A DNA stretch of 64,000 bases from Cyanobacteriota bacterium (GTDB taxonomy: Bacteria > Cyanobacteriota > Cyanobacteriia > PCC-6307 > Cyanobiaceae): the NCBI GenBank assembly GCA_046052125.1, contig JBJOMY010000001.1, positions 288,001 to 352,000 of the forward strand, written 5' to 3'. The notes below the pieces were generated by a model. It ran no database searches. It worked only from the letters and a program-made list of their open reading frames with translations, and was not told where the DNA came from. A program made the translations under genes and the position numbers. Positions 51,044 through 61,375 of this stretch are shown piece by piece. Each line of letters begins with the position of its first letter. Positions within the stretch are counted from its first letter, which is position 1.

Positions 51044-52162
51044 ATGAGCGCCACGGCCGCCGCGATCCGCACCATCGAGGTGGCACTCAGCGCCAACCCC
51101 TACCCGGTGCTGATCGGGCGCGGTGCGCTGAACAGCCTCGGCGAGCAGATCCGTGCCCAGGGAATCAAGGCCGGCACCAAAGTGCTGGTGGTGACCAACC
51201 CCGTGGTGAACGATCACTACGGCGCCACCGCCATGGCCAGCCTGGAGGCGGCCGGCTTCAGCGCCAGCCTGCTGGTGATCGAAGCGGGTGAAGACCAAAA
51301 AACCCCGGCCACCGTGGCCCAGATCCACGACGCCGCCTTTGCGCGCAAACTCGAGCGCGGCTCCCTGATCGTGGCCCTCGGTGGCGGTGTGGTGGGTGAC
51401 ATGGCGGGGTTTGCCGCCGCCACCTGGCTGCGCGGCATCGCCGTGGTGCAGGTGCCCACCACCCTGCTGGCCATGGTGGATGCCTCGATCGGCGGCAAAA
51501 CCGGGGTGAATCACCCGGGGGGCAAAAACCTGATCGGCGCCTTCCATCAGCCGCGCCTGGTGCTGATCGATCCAGACACGCTCAAAACCCTGCCGGAACG
51601 GGAGTTCCGCGCGGGGATGGCCGAGGTGATCAAGTACGGCGTGATCGGCGACGCCGAGCTGTTCCGAGAGCTAGAGGCTGCTGGCGAGCGACTGGCCTCC
51701 ATGCAAACCCTGCCCTCCGAGCTGCTGCAAAGCGTGCTCGAGCGGTCCGCTGCCGCCAAGGCGAAGGTGGTGGCCGCCGACGAACGGGAGGGCGGCCTGC
51801 GGGCGATCCTCAACTACGGCCACACGCTCGGCCACGTGGTGGAAGCCCTCTGCGGCTATGGCACCTATCTGCACGGCGAAGCTGTGGCGATCGGCATGGT
51901 GGCCGCCGGTGAACTGGCCCTGGAGCTGGGCCTGTGGAGCGCTGAAGAACAACGCCGCCAGCGGGACGTGATTGCGGCGGCCGGCTTGCCGCTCACCTGG
52001 CCGGATCTGGAGCCGGCAGCCGTGCTCGAGTGCCTCCAGGGCGATAAGAAAGTGCGCGATGGCTGCGTGCGCTTCGTGCTGCCCACGGCTCTCGGCCAGG
52101 TGGAGATCCGCAGCGACGTGACGGGTGATCAGGTGCTCGCCGCTCTGGAGCGCTGCCGCTAA
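51044..52162 (+). CDS. aroB: 3-dehydroquinate synthase
   Basis: [41 protein letters not shown]. Confidence 0.96.
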   Translation: MSATAAAIRTIEVALSANPYPVLIGRGALNSLGEQIRAQGIKAGTKVLVVTNPVVNDHYGATAMASLEAAGFSASLLVIEAGEDQKTPATVAQIHDAAFARKLERGSLIVALGGGVVGDMAGFAAATWLRGIAVVQVPTTLLAMVDASIGGKTGVNHPGGKNLIGAFHQPRLVLIDPDTLKTLPEREFRAGMAEVIKYGVIGDAELFRELEAAGERLASMQTLPSELLQSVLERSAAAKAKVVAADEREGGLRAILNYGHTLGHVVEALCGYGTYLHGEAVAIGMVAAGELALELGLWSAEEQRRQRDVIAAAGLPLTWPDLEPAAVLECLQGDKKVRDGCVRFVLPTALGQVEIRSDVTGDQVLAALERCR

Positions 52163-52174
52163 GGGCCGCAGCGA

Positions 52175-52852
52175 TCAAGCGATCGAGCTCACCGCTCGAG
52201 CGATCAACACCGTGAGGATCAGGATCGCCAGCAACACCTGCAGCGCCATCACCAGCTTGGCGGGCCTGGAGATCAGCGCCTCACTGGTGGGGCCGTAGGT
52301 GGAATTCACATTGAGCGAGATAAACAAATAGTCAATTAAGTGAGGGAAAGGCGGTGCTTCGCCTTCACGACTGGGCCAGACGAAAGCCCCACCAGGTGTG
52401 CTCACATCAAGGAATACATAAATGAACATGAACACCAGCACGCTCTCCATGTACACCGCACCCACATCCCAGAGGCTGGCCAACCCACCCCCTTTGTGAT
52501 GGCCGGCAGTGAAAATCATCGCGAACACATTGGCGATCACCTGCAGCACGGAAAAGCACAGATACACAAGCCCCCAGCGAAACAGGGGCTTGCGATGGCC
52601 CCGTAGTAAGGCCACCACAAGCCCCAGGGTGACCACCACAAACAACACCGTGCCGGCGCGCTCCACGTTGGCCACCAGTCCCTTGAACGACGGCGCAATC
52701 ACCTGATCCTGTTCGAGGTGATGGGCCAGCAGCAGATCCATGATCCACACGGTGGTGGTGGCCACAATCACCGCGATCCGCCCGCGGCCGTGGGTGAGCC
52801 GCTCCCGCAGCAGATCAGCAGGAGAAGCGTTCCTCTGATCCATGGAGATCAC
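52175..52852 (-). CDS. Membrane protein with a pore-loop-like segment (DUF1345/ion-channel-like)
   Basis: Several TM segments; IDYLFISLNVNSTYGPT...KLVMALQ. Confidence 0.6.
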   Translation of the reverse strand: MISMDQRNASPADLLRERLTHGRGRIAVIVATTTVWIMDLLLAHHLEQDQVIAPSFKGLVANVERAGTVLFVVVTLGLVVALLRGHRKPLFRWGLVYLCFSVLQVIANVFAMIFTAGHHKGGGLASLWDVGAVYMESVLVFMFIYVFLDVSTPGGAFVWPSREGEAPPFPHLIDYLFISLNVNSTYGPTSEALISRPAKLVMALQVLLAILILTVLIARAVSSIA

Positions 52853-52884
52853 GCTGTGAGCCGCACCCCCGCAGGATGCAGCGC

Positions 52885-54081
52885 TCAGCCCAGCGGTGGA
52901 TCATTCAGAAACAAAGCGCTGTTGATCGGTGCGGCGGTGCCGTCGTCCCTTGCAAAAGCCACCCAACGGAAATCACCGAGGGTGTGGGGGTCCACCAGCC
53001 GCAGCAAAGCCTCACGGCGCGCCAACAGATTCGCCAGTTCGCCCGCAGGCTGCTGCTGCAACGCATGCAGCCGTTGAGCCAAACCGAGCGCCAGCAGGGC
53101 TTCCCCCTGACGCCGCTGCCCGAGGGGCTGCCAGCCATGGGCGGCCGCCGCCGCTTCCAGGCTCTCTAAGCAGAGGTGGGCCGTGAGATCCCAGTGGCCC
53201 GGCTCCTGCAGCGGATCGTCGCTGGCCTGTTGGCGCCGGTAGGCCATCAGGGTGCCGTTGCTGCGCTGCGGGGCGTAGTAGCGCCACGCCTCGTGGGCGT
53301 AATCGATCACCAGCAACACGCCCGAGCGCAACCCAGCTGCTGCCTGCTGCAGCCAGAGACCAAGCTCCGGATGCAGTTCTGTGCACCAGCCCGGGGGCCG
53401 CTGAGAGCCTGCAGGGGAAAGGCCCAAAGGCGCGAGTTGCGCGTTGGCTTCGGGGTCCAGGGGCTCGCCGGGCTCGAGCCGCAGCGAGGGCCCAGCGGCC
53501 GGATCCTCGTGTAGGGCCACCCGTTGGCTGCGCCAGAGAGCCCCGTCCCACTCGATGCGCTCCACCGCCAAGGCATCGAGCACTTCATGGGCCAGCAGCA
53601 CACCAGCCACCGGCTGAGCAGCCAACGCCTCGGCGCTGAGCCAGCGGCAGGGCAGTGGTGCCTCCGCCAAGCGACGCCGCTGCCGCTCGGCCATGCCGGC
53701 ATTGGGCTCGATCAACACCAGCGTGGTGCGAGCAGCCAGATGGGGCCAGCCCGCCGCCAGCTGCTCCGCAAGCTGCAGGGCCAGATCCCCCTCGCCAGGA
53801 CCGGCCTCCACCAGAGCCAAGGGCTGATCCGCTGGTTGCTTCTCCAGCCATTGGGCAATCTGTGGCGCCAGCAGGGCAGCGAAATCGGGCCCGAGGGATG
53901 GGGAGGTGGCGAAATCGCCACGGGGGCCCACCTGCAGGCGGCCACTGCCGTAGGCGCCGTGTTGGGGGTCGTGCAGGGCCCACTGCATGTAGATACGAAA
54001 GGGCACTGAGCCACCAGCGGCCTGCAGGCGCTCCGCCAGCCAGGGCGGAGCGGGATGGGAGCGCGCGGCGCTGGAGGTCAC
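52885..54081 (-). CDS. SAM-dependent methyltransferase, MidA/NDUFAF7 family
   Basis: GDFATSP, VEAGPGEG, HEVLDAL, IDY, DLTAH. Confidence 0.9.
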   Translation of the reverse strand: MTSSAARSHPAPPWLAERLQAAGGSVPFRIYMQWALHDPQHGAYGSGRLQVGPRGDFATSPSLGPDFAALLAPQIAQWLEKQPADQPLALVEAGPGEGDLALQLAEQLAAGWPHLAARTTLVLIEPNAGMAERQRRRLAEAPLPCRWLSAEALAAQPVAGVLLAHEVLDALAVERIEWDGALWRSQRVALHEDPAAGPSLRLEPGEPLDPEANAQLAPLGLSPAGSQRPPGWCTELHPELGLWLQQAAAGLRSGVLLVIDYAHEAWRYYAPQRSNGTLMAYRRQQASDDPLQEPGHWDLTAHLCLESLEAAAAAHGWQPLGQRRQGEALLALGLAQRLHALQQQPAGELANLLARREALLRLVDPHTLGDFRWVAFARDDGTAAPINSALFLNDPPLG

Positions 54082-54129
54082 AACGGGATGCAGGGCTCAG
54101 GGAGAATGCCCGCCACTGAAGCAGGCGCC

Positions 54130-54936
54130 ATGAAGAGAGTGATGAGCTGGCTTGCGGGAGCAGCCCTCAGCCTGGCGCTGCTGCTGGGGTTCGGCGCCGG
54201 CCCGGCCCTGGCCTATGACAACCCCGACCTGCTGCCCGATCACCCCACCCCGGTGATCGATCTGGCCAAGATCCTCACCGACACCCAGCGCACGGCGCTG
54301 GAAGCCGAGCTCAACGATTTCGAAGCGGTAAGCGGCTGGAAGCTGCGGGTACTCACCCAGTACGACCGGACGCCCGGCCTCGCCGTCAAAGACTTCTGGG
54401 GCCTGGATGAGCGCAGCCTGCTGCTGATCGCCGATGAGCGCGGCGGCAACCTGCTCAACTTCAACGTGGGCGATGCGCTGTTTGCTCTGATGCCGCGCAC
54501 GTACTGGGTGGAGCTGCAGACGCGCTTCGGCAACGTGTATTACGTGCGCGATCACGGCCAAGACGCCGCGATCATTGATTCGCTGCACACGGTGAAGGGG
54601 TGCCTCGAGATCGGCGGCTGCCAAGTGGTGCCAGGCCTGCCCCAGGAGCAGTGGCTGCTGACGCTGGCCACCTCGATACTGGGAGGCCTGATTGTGGGGT
54701 TTGCCGCCTACCCGCGCAAGCCGGAACACACGGTGGAGTGGGCCTGGGTGCTGCTGCTCTCACCGCTCTGGGTGATTCTGTTCGGCGTGTTCGGCGTGGC
54801 CCCGATCATCACCCGGACCCCCGACATCCTGCCGCTGGTGCGTAATGCTCTTGGTTTCGTTGGCGCTATTGCCGTGGCGTATCTGATTGCCCAGAACACC
54901 GTGGGCAAGCAACGCCTCAAGGACAGCGAAACCTGA
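54130..54936 (+). CDS. TPM-domain membrane protein
   Basis: TPVIDLAKILT, GWKLRVLTQ..TPG, ELQTRFGN, followed by TM helices. Confidence 0.8.
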   Translation: MKRVMSWLAGAALSLALLLGFGAGPALAYDNPDLLPDHPTPVIDLAKILTDTQRTALEAELNDFEAVSGWKLRVLTQYDRTPGLAVKDFWGLDERSLLLIADERGGNLLNFNVGDALFALMPRTYWVELQTRFGNVYYVRDHGQDAAIIDSLHTVKGCLEIGGCQVVPGLPQEQWLLTLATSILGGLIVGFAAYPRKPEHTVEWAWVLLLSPLWVILFGVFGVAPIITRTPDILPLVRNALGFVGAIAVAYLIAQNTVGKQRLKDSET

Positions 54937-54939
54937 GGG

Positions 54940-55809
54940 TCAGAGCTTTTGGGCGAGGCTGCGGGGCCCAACCCGCTCCAAGCGCTCGAGACGGCAGCGC
55001 AGTGAATCCGCCGGCTCGCAGCTGGGCTGCTGCGCCACTGCCGTAGCGACACCGGCGAGGGCCCGCAGCTCCTGCAGGTTGGCCTCATAGAAGGCCTTCA
55101 GCGCCGCGTAGCGCTTCACCGGCTGGCCGTAGTAGCTCTGACCAGCAAGGGTGGGGAATGAGGCCCATTCCGGTGCCAACTTGGCGGCCAGATGGGGAGT
55201 GAACAGTCCCTGATCGGCCAACTGCAGCGCGCCACGGCGCTGAATCAGAAACAGGGCCGCCTGATCCTGAACCTCAGGACCAAACCCCTGGAGCTGCAGG
55301 CTGCGGCTGGCCAGAGCCCAGGTGAAGGGCATGAACTGGTAGGCACCAGCAGCCGCACTGGCGTAACGGCCAGTGGAAATCACACGATCGGGATGGCGAT
55401 CGAGGCCAGGCATCAGGCCTCCACCAAACATGATTCGGTAGCCCAAGTCTTCACCGCGAGCCCAGGTGCCCTCGGCGTAGCGGATCGTGTTGAGCAAGGC
55501 GCGCCGCTCAGGGGTGAGCGCGTAACGGAAGACCCCCTCGAGGGAAGAAAGACCGTCGGTGCCGTTGAGCAAGGCCAGCTGTGAGCGGGGCCGTACGGAA
55601 TCTCCGAAGCCCGTGGGGCGCGATGCCAACACCGGTGACTGCACAGCCATCTGCATCGGTGCCGACATCCGCAGCGGCTCGATCAGGCTTGCCGCTGATG
55701 CCTCAGCTCGGACAGGCGCTTGAAAGAGGCAGGCCGATGCTGCCGCCCCAAGACCCGCCATCAGAGCAGGAGAGCAATGGGTGCGCAGAGATAGACCGTT
55801 CGCTAACAA
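54940..55809 (-). CDS. Lambda-R-like lysozyme/lytic transglycosylase (GH104-like)
   Basis: ALLNTIRYAEGT, SAAAGAYQF..TW, FGPEVQDQAA, EWASFP..YGQ. Start uncertain. Confidence 0.85.
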   Translation of the reverse strand: MLANGLSLRTHCSPALMAGLGAAASACLFQAPVRAEASAASLIEPLRMSAPMQMAVQSPVLASRPTGFGDSVRPRSQLALLNGTDGLSSLEGVFRYALTPERRALLNTIRYAEGTWARGEDLGYRIMFGGGLMPGLDRHPDRVISTGRYASAAAGAYQFMPFTWALASRSLQLQGFGPEVQDQAALFLIQRRGALQLADQGLFTPHLAAKLAPEWASFPTLAGQSYYGQPVKRYAALKAFYEANLQELRALAGVATAVAQQPSCEPADSLRCRLERLERVGPRSLAQKL

Positions 55810-56115
55810 ACCGATTCAAATGGCAAACAACAACCCTCAAGCCATCGAAGAGATGGCTATCAAGAAACTTCAGCTACTAAGTCTCTGGTCAACGCCCAGA
55901 AAGGCTCACTGCAACAAAGGAGAGAGGGCAGCGAAGCAACAAGAACTTGAAGGACAGACGCTTCTTAAACAGAAACGCAGAGGGCATTAAAGATCAGTTG
56001 CGAAGAGTTTGACTCACAAACTCGCGCAAGGGAAATGCACTAGTGCCACCGCATTAACCGTCCACAGTCATCAAAAACTGTCTTGACGCATTCAGATCAC
56101 CGACCTCAACAGGGT

Positions 56116-57231
56116 TTAGTGATCAGGAGCAGCGTTACTGTTAGCGATGCTTTTGGCCACATCTTTGCCGCGGGCTGTAGCAATCAGCACAGCTGCTGCC
56201 TGATCAGCGCCATCACACGGCAGCGGCTCAGCGAGGGGAGGCAACAACGGCTGATCCAGCTGCCAATCGCCATGCTCCAGTTGAACGCGACTGAGAAAGC
56301 GATGCCAACCATGGCGCTGCAACGCTTGCTCCAGCACGGGCGCCTCCGCAAATCCCTCACGCCGCACCAAGTGAATGCCGAGACCAGCCGTCAGGGCTTC
56401 ACAGAAGGTGCTGTAACCCGGTTTGGTGATGATCCGGCTGCAGAGCGGCATCAGCTCCAAGGGGCGCAACTCCGGTGGAATCAAAGTGGCATTGCTGGCG
56501 GCCTGGGCTACGGCGGCATCACTCACCAGAAAGTGGTGGTCTGGCCAATTCCGCAACAGCTCCGGCGCCAGGCTGAGGCCCAAGCCACCAAATCCCACCA
56601 GAACGGTGTGCTCCGGTGCGGCGCTGAGTTGCAGCTGCTCCCGCAACCGCTCAGGCCGATGTCGCGGGCGACCCGCGGTGAGCCCCACAGCGGTGGCCGG
56701 CACCCCCCAATCCATGGGCATCGACAAGGGGCATCGAATCAGGGCCGTTCCCTGGCGATAGGCGCTCAGGGCCCGATCAGCCCAGGGCTGGAACGCGGCT
56801 CCCATGGGCCCATAGATGGCATCCCAGCCAAAATTGGCGAGCCAAACCAGCGGGGCTCCGGCCGCTGAGGCCAAGGCCGCCGCAGCCGGTGCCACATCCC
56901 CCAGCACGAGCACCGATTGGCGTTGAGCAGCCAACCAGCGAGCCTCCTGCTCGATCTGGGCCGGCAGCTGCTGCTCGAGCTGCGTGAGCGCGGCCAGGGT
57001 GGCATCAGCATCAGCGCCAAGGGCATCGGCCTGAATCACGCCCACATCCCAGCGGCAGGGGCGCTGCTCAAACGGCACCGCACCGAAGGCGAGCTGCAGA
57101 AAGGCTGGAGCGATCGGGGTGGAGAGCACGATCCGCCAGCTGGGTTGCTGCGCATGGAGCGTCGAGAGCACTGCGGCCACCCGAGAGCCATGGCCAAAGC
57201 CATGGCCGCTCACGCAGGCGTAAATCAGCAC
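56116..57231 (-). CDS. GT-B-fold glycosyltransferase-like protein
   Basis: VSGHGFGHGSR, NFGWD, ITKPGYSTFCE. Confidence 0.7.
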   Translation of the reverse strand: MLIYACVSGHGFGHGSRVAAVLSTLHAQQPSWRIVLSTPIAPAFLQLAFGAVPFEQRPCRWDVGVIQADALGADADATLAALTQLEQQLPAQIEQEARWLAAQRQSVLVLGDVAPAAAALASAAGAPLVWLANFGWDAIYGPMGAAFQPWADRALSAYRQGTALIRCPLSMPMDWGVPATAVGLTAGRPRHRPERLREQLQLSAAPEHTVLVGFGGLGLSLAPELLRNWPDHHFLVSDAAVAQAASNATLIPPELRPLELMPLCSRIITKPGYSTFCEALTAGLGIHLVRREGFAEAPVLEQALQRHGWHRFLSRVQLEHGDWQLDQPLLPPLAEPLPCDGADQAAAVLIATARGKDVAKSIANSNAAPDH

Positions 57232-58115
57232 GGCTGAAGCTCAGCCGCCCGCAACAGCGTGTGGCGATAGCGAAGGGTGCCATCAGGTCCGTACCAGCGA
57301 TGGCTGATTTCAGTGAGCTCGCCGTCGCGCAGCTCCACCCAGCTGAAGTGGCGCAGGGCCATACCCTGCTCGTCGTGGCTGTGGCGGGGAACGAAGGCGG
57401 TATTGAGATAGGCGGTGCCGGCGCGATCACGGCAAAAGCTGAGCCGTTCCCCCTGGCCTCGCTTGAGCTGGTGATGCATGTGGCCGAACACCACCAGCGG
57501 CAGCGGGCGGTGCTGGCGGATCTGATCGATGGCAAGGGCGAGATCCTGATCGCCCCAGTCGCAGGCGGGAGGTTTCCAATCCCGGCCGCAGGGATCCGAG
57601 GCATGACTGCCCAGGCCACTGGGACCGCAGTGCGCCAGCAGGATCAACGGCAGGGCTGGATCGGCCTTGAGCGCAGCGGCACTGATGCGTGCCGCCGACT
57701 CCTGCAAGGTGACCGGCCCGAACGCCGCTAGGGCCGCCTGGTTGAGGTGAAAGCCGCCGCCGGCACTGGCGGGCCTACCGCCCACCACAGCCAGCCCCGG
57801 GGGATGGAGCTCCCTGAGCCCCCAGCCGCAATGGCGCTCACCCAGGGCATCGAGCTGACGCTGCAGTGTGCGGCCGCTGGCGTCACGGCCGGTGTCGTGG
57901 TTACCGAGCACGCAGGCCAGCGGCAAGGAAAGCCGCGCGAGCCGGGCGGGAATCCGGGGCTGACCATCGCTGAGGTCTCCCACCACCAGCAACGCATCGG
58001 GCGACAACAGCTCGAGAAGCTGCTCATCAACGCTGTCCCATTGCCCGTGCAGATCTCCGGCGATGGCGATGCGGAGCTCTGCCAAACGGGTGCCTAGGCT
58101 GCCGCCATCCTGCAC
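57225..58115 (-). CDS. Calcineurin-like metallophosphoesterase (TIGR04168-like)
   Basis: GDLHG, VGD, GNHD, AHCGP, FGHMH. Confidence 0.82.
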   Translation of the reverse strand: MQDGGSLGTRLAELRIAIAGDLHGQWDSVDEQLLELLSPDALLVVGDLSDGQPRIPARLARLSLPLACVLGNHDTGRDASGRTLQRQLDALGERHCGWGLRELHPPGLAVVGGRPASAGGGFHLNQAALAAFGPVTLQESAARISAAALKADPALPLILLAHCGPSGLGSHASDPCGRDWKPPACDWGDQDLALAIDQIRQHRPLPLVVFGHMHHQLKRGQGERLSFCRDRAGTAYLNTAFVPRHSHDEQGMALRHFSWVELRDGELTEISHRWYGPDGTLRYRHTLLRAAELQPC

Positions 58116-58132
58116 CAGGTAAGGCCAGACCT

Positions 58133-59101
58133 TTGGTTTTCGCGGCTGCCCAGAACACCAGCGACGGTTGTCCGCCCCACGCGCAACTGCCGGCTGCGAT
58201 TGCTGAGCTCAAGCGCCAGCGCAAGGCCGTGATCCTGGCGCACTACTACCAGGAGCCCGAGATCCAAGACATCGCTGATTTCATCGGTGATTCCCTTGAG
58301 CTCTCCCGCAAGGCCGCCGCCACCGACGCCGAGGTGATCGTGTTCTGCGGGGTGCACTTCATGGCCGAGGTGGCCAAGATCCTGAGCCCGGGAAAAACCG
58401 TGTTGCTGCCGGATCTCGAGGCCGGCTGCACCCTCGCCGATGCCTGCCCGGCTGATGCCTTCGCGGCCTTCCGGGCCAGTCACCCCGAACACCTGGTGGT
58501 GAGCTACATCAATTGTTCAGCGGCGGTGAAGGCCCAGAGCGATCTGATCTGCACCAGCAGCAACGCCGTGGATCTGGTGAAGCAGCTGCCCGCGGATCGA
58601 CCGATCCTGTTTGCGCCGGATCAAAACCTCGGCCGCTGGGTGCAGCGCCAGAGCGGCCGCGAGCTCACCCTCTGGCCCGGCAGCTGCATCGTGCACGAAA
58701 CCTTCAGCGAGCAGGCGCTGTTGCAGCTCAAGCTCGAGCACCCGGGCGCTGAGGTGCTGGCCCATCCGGAATGCCAGCAACACCTGCTCGATCACGCCGA
58801 TTTCATCGGTTCCACCAGCGCATTGCTGCGCCGCGCCGAAGCCAGTGAGGCCAGCGGTTTCATCGTGCTCACCGAGCCCGGGATCCTGCACCAGATGCGC
58901 AAAGCGGTGCCCGGCAAGGAGTTCTTTGAGGTGCCAGGTGCCGATGGCTGCAGCTGCAACGCCTGCCCCTACATGCGCCTCAACACGCTCGAGAAGCTGT
59001 GGCAGTGCCTAAACGACATGGCCCCAGCAATCGAACTCGATGAGGCGATGCGGCAGCGGGCCCTGGCACCGATCCAGAAGATGCTGGAGATGAGCCGCTA
59101 G
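58133..59101 (+). CDS. nadA: Quinolinate synthase
   Basis: [40 protein letters not shown]. Confidence 0.96.
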   Translation: MVFAAAQNTSDGCPPHAQLPAAIAELKRQRKAVILAHYYQEPEIQDIADFIGDSLELSRKAAATDAEVIVFCGVHFMAEVAKILSPGKTVLLPDLEAGCTLADACPADAFAAFRASHPEHLVVSYINCSAAVKAQSDLICTSSNAVDLVKQLPADRPILFAPDQNLGRWVQRQSGRELTLWPGSCIVHETFSEQALLQLKLEHPGAEVLAHPECQQHLLDHADFIGSTSALLRRAEASEASGFIVLTEPGILHQMRKAVPGKEFFEVPGADGCSCNACPYMRLNTLEKLWQCLNDMAPAIELDEAMRQRALAPIQKMLEMSR

Positions 59102-60186
59102 TAGCTGTAGTTGGCCACGAACAGGCTGGTGTCATCCGATGGCTCCGAGCCGGGCTCATAAGCCCCACGGCTGGCGGCCCCGTTGGCGCGGGCCCGAGCC
59201 ATCAACGCCGCCTGCCCCGCGGCCAAGTCATTGCCGCCCCAGTGCTTGATGCAGGAGTGCTGCAAAGCGCGGCCGTAGGAGAAGCCGAGGTGCCACGGGG
59301 CAAAGCCCTGGGCAGCCACCTGGTTGATGGCGTTCAGGCAGAGGCTGGCGTCCTCCTCGCTCAGGCCGCCGCTGAGAAAGAGGATCGCCGGCACCGCAGC
59401 GGGAACCGTGCGGCTGAGGGTGCGCACCGTGAATTCCCCCACCTCCTCGGCACTGGCCTGCTGGGGGCAGGCGGCTCCGGCGCAGGTCATAGAAGGTTTG
59501 AGCAGGCTGCCCTCCAGAAACACACCGTTGATCGCCAGGGCTTCGTAGGTGGTGCGCAGCACCCATTCCTGCACCGAAGCGGTGGTGGTGATGTCGTGGT
59601 CGCCATCCATCAGGATCTCGGGCTCCACGATCGGCACCAGGCCCTGCTCCTGCACCGTGCGGGCATAGCGGGCCAGGCCCCAGGCGTTCTCACGCACCGC
59701 CAACTCTGAGGGCGCCCCGTTGCCGCTGATTTGCAACACCGCCCGCCATTTGGCAAACCGGGCGCCACGGGCGTAGTAGCGCGCGGCCCGCTCCGCCAGC
59801 CCCTTCAGGCCGGTGCACCAGCTCTCCCCGGTCACACCACCGGCAAGAGGTTCCACCCCCTGATCCACCTTGATGCCGGGAACGATGCCCTGCCTCTGGA
59901 ACAGCTCAACGATCGGGGCGCTCCCGGCCTCGGCCGTGCTGTCTTGAAACAGGGTTTCCTCGTAGAGGATCACCCCGGAGATGTGCTCGCTTAGGCCGTC
60001 TGTGGTGGCCAGCAGGCTGCGGTAAGCACGCCGGTGCTCCTCGGTGTTCTCCAGGCCGATGGCCTCGAAGCGCTTGCCGATCGTGCCGGTGGATTCATCC
60101 GCCGCCAGCAACCCCGTGCCCGGCGCCGCCAGAGCCGCTGCGGTGGCGGCGAGCTCATCGCGGAAATCGTTCAACGCCATGGCCAA
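59098..60186 (-). CDS. Class I fructose-bisphosphate aldolase (eukaryote-type family)
   Basis: [46 protein letters not shown]-terminal Tyr. Confidence 0.95.
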   Translation of the reverse strand: MAMALNDFRDELAATAAALAAPGTGLLAADESTGTIGKRFEAIGLENTEEHRRAYRSLLATTDGLSEHISGVILYEETLFQDSTAEAGSAPIVELFQRQGIVPGIKVDQGVEPLAGGVTGESWCTGLKGLAERAARYYARGARFAKWRAVLQISGNGAPSELAVRENAWGLARYARTVQEQGLVPIVEPEILMDGDHDITTTASVQEWVLRTTYEALAINGVFLEGSLLKPSMTCAGAACPQQASAEEVGEFTVRTLSRTVPAAVPAILFLSGGLSEEDASLCLNAINQVAAQGFAPWHLGFSYGRALQHSCIKHWGGNDLAAGQAALMARARANGAASRGAYEPGSEPSDDTSLFVANYSY

Positions 60187-60307
60187 CAGCCGGAAGAATC
60201 ACCCCCTGGCTAGAAACGGCTCAGGCGTGCGTCAACGGAGTGACGCAGAGCTGCAACGCGGCTGGTCATGATTCAGCGCTAACCACGCTCCACAAGCCCC
60301 ACCGCCG

Positions 60308-61375
60308 ATGCCCCTCGCCCCAGGCGGCCTGCTGCAGCTCAGCCCCGAGGGGCTCTACTGCCCAGCGGCGCGGGCCTGGATCGATCCCTGGCGCCCCGTG
60401 CCGCGGGCGCTGATCACCCACGCCCATGCCGATCACGCCCGGCCGGGCTGCGGCGAGTACTGGGCGATTGGCGCCAGTGAGGGGATCCTGCGGGAACGGC
60501 TCGGCGCGGAGATCAAGCTGCTGCCGGTGGAGTACGGCCAGCTGCACCGGATCGGCGATGCGCGCGTGTCGTTCCATTCGGCGGGTCATGTGTTGGGCAG
60601 CGCCCAGATCCGGCTGGAGGCCGGCGGCGAAAGCTGGCTGGTGAGCGGCGACTACAAACGCTGCGCCGATCCCAGCTGTGCCCCTTTCGAACCGGTACAG
60701 GCGGATGTGCTGATCAGCGAAGCCACCTTCGGGCTGCCGATCTACCGCTGGAAGAGCGGTGCCGAGATCGCAGCGGAGATCCTGGAGTGGTGGCGCAGCG
60801 CTCCGGATCGCCCCTCGGTGCTGTTCGCCTATGCCTTCGGCAAGGCACAGCGGGTTCTGGCAGAGCTTCATCGCCTCGAGGTGAGCGACGAGGTGCTGCT
60901 GCATGGCGCCGTGGAGCGGCTGATGGCGCCTTACCGGCAGGCGGGCGTGGCGATGCCTCCCACCCGGCCATTGGCTGAGCTGGAACGCGGCGCCGATCTG
61001 AGCGGCCGGCTGCTGATCGCTCCACCGGCGGCCCATCGCAGCCGCGGGCTGGGGCGCTTCGCCAAGGCCCAGAACGGCTTCGTGAGCGGCTGGATGGCCG
61101 TGCGCGGCGCCCGCCGACGACGCGGCTACGGACGCGGTTTCGTGATGAGCGACCACGCCGACTGGGCCGGACTGCTGCAGAGCGTTCGGGAAAGCCAGGC
61201 CCAACAGGTGTATGTGACCCACGGCCAGAGCAACGTGTTGGCGCGCTACCTGCAGGAGGTGGAGGGGATCAGCGCCGCGCCGCTGGAGGGGCACTTCGAG
61301 GCCGAACGCTTCGACGACGACACACCGGCAGACAGCGACGGTGCCGCAACCGCGGCGAGCTCTGCAGAGAACTGA
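60308..61375 (+). CDS. Ligase-associated DNA damage response exonuclease (MBL/beta-CASP-like)
   Basis: ITHAHADH, AGHVLGSAQ, SGDYK, EATFGLP, SDHADW, VTHG. Confidence 0.9.
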   Translation: MPLAPGGLLQLSPEGLYCPAARAWIDPWRPVPRALITHAHADHARPGCGEYWAIGASEGILRERLGAEIKLLPVEYGQLHRIGDARVSFHSAGHVLGSAQIRLEAGGESWLVSGDYKRCADPSCAPFEPVQADVLISEATFGLPIYRWKSGAEIAAEILEWWRSAPDRPSVLFAYAFGKAQRVLAELHRLEVSDEVLLHGAVERLMAPYRQAGVAMPPTRPLAELERGADLSGRLLIAPPAAHRSRGLGRFAKAQNGFVSGWMAVRGARRRRGYGRGFVMSDHADWAGLLQSVRESQAQQVYVTHGQSNVLARYLQEVEGISAAPLEGHFEAERFDDDTPADSDGAATAASSAEN

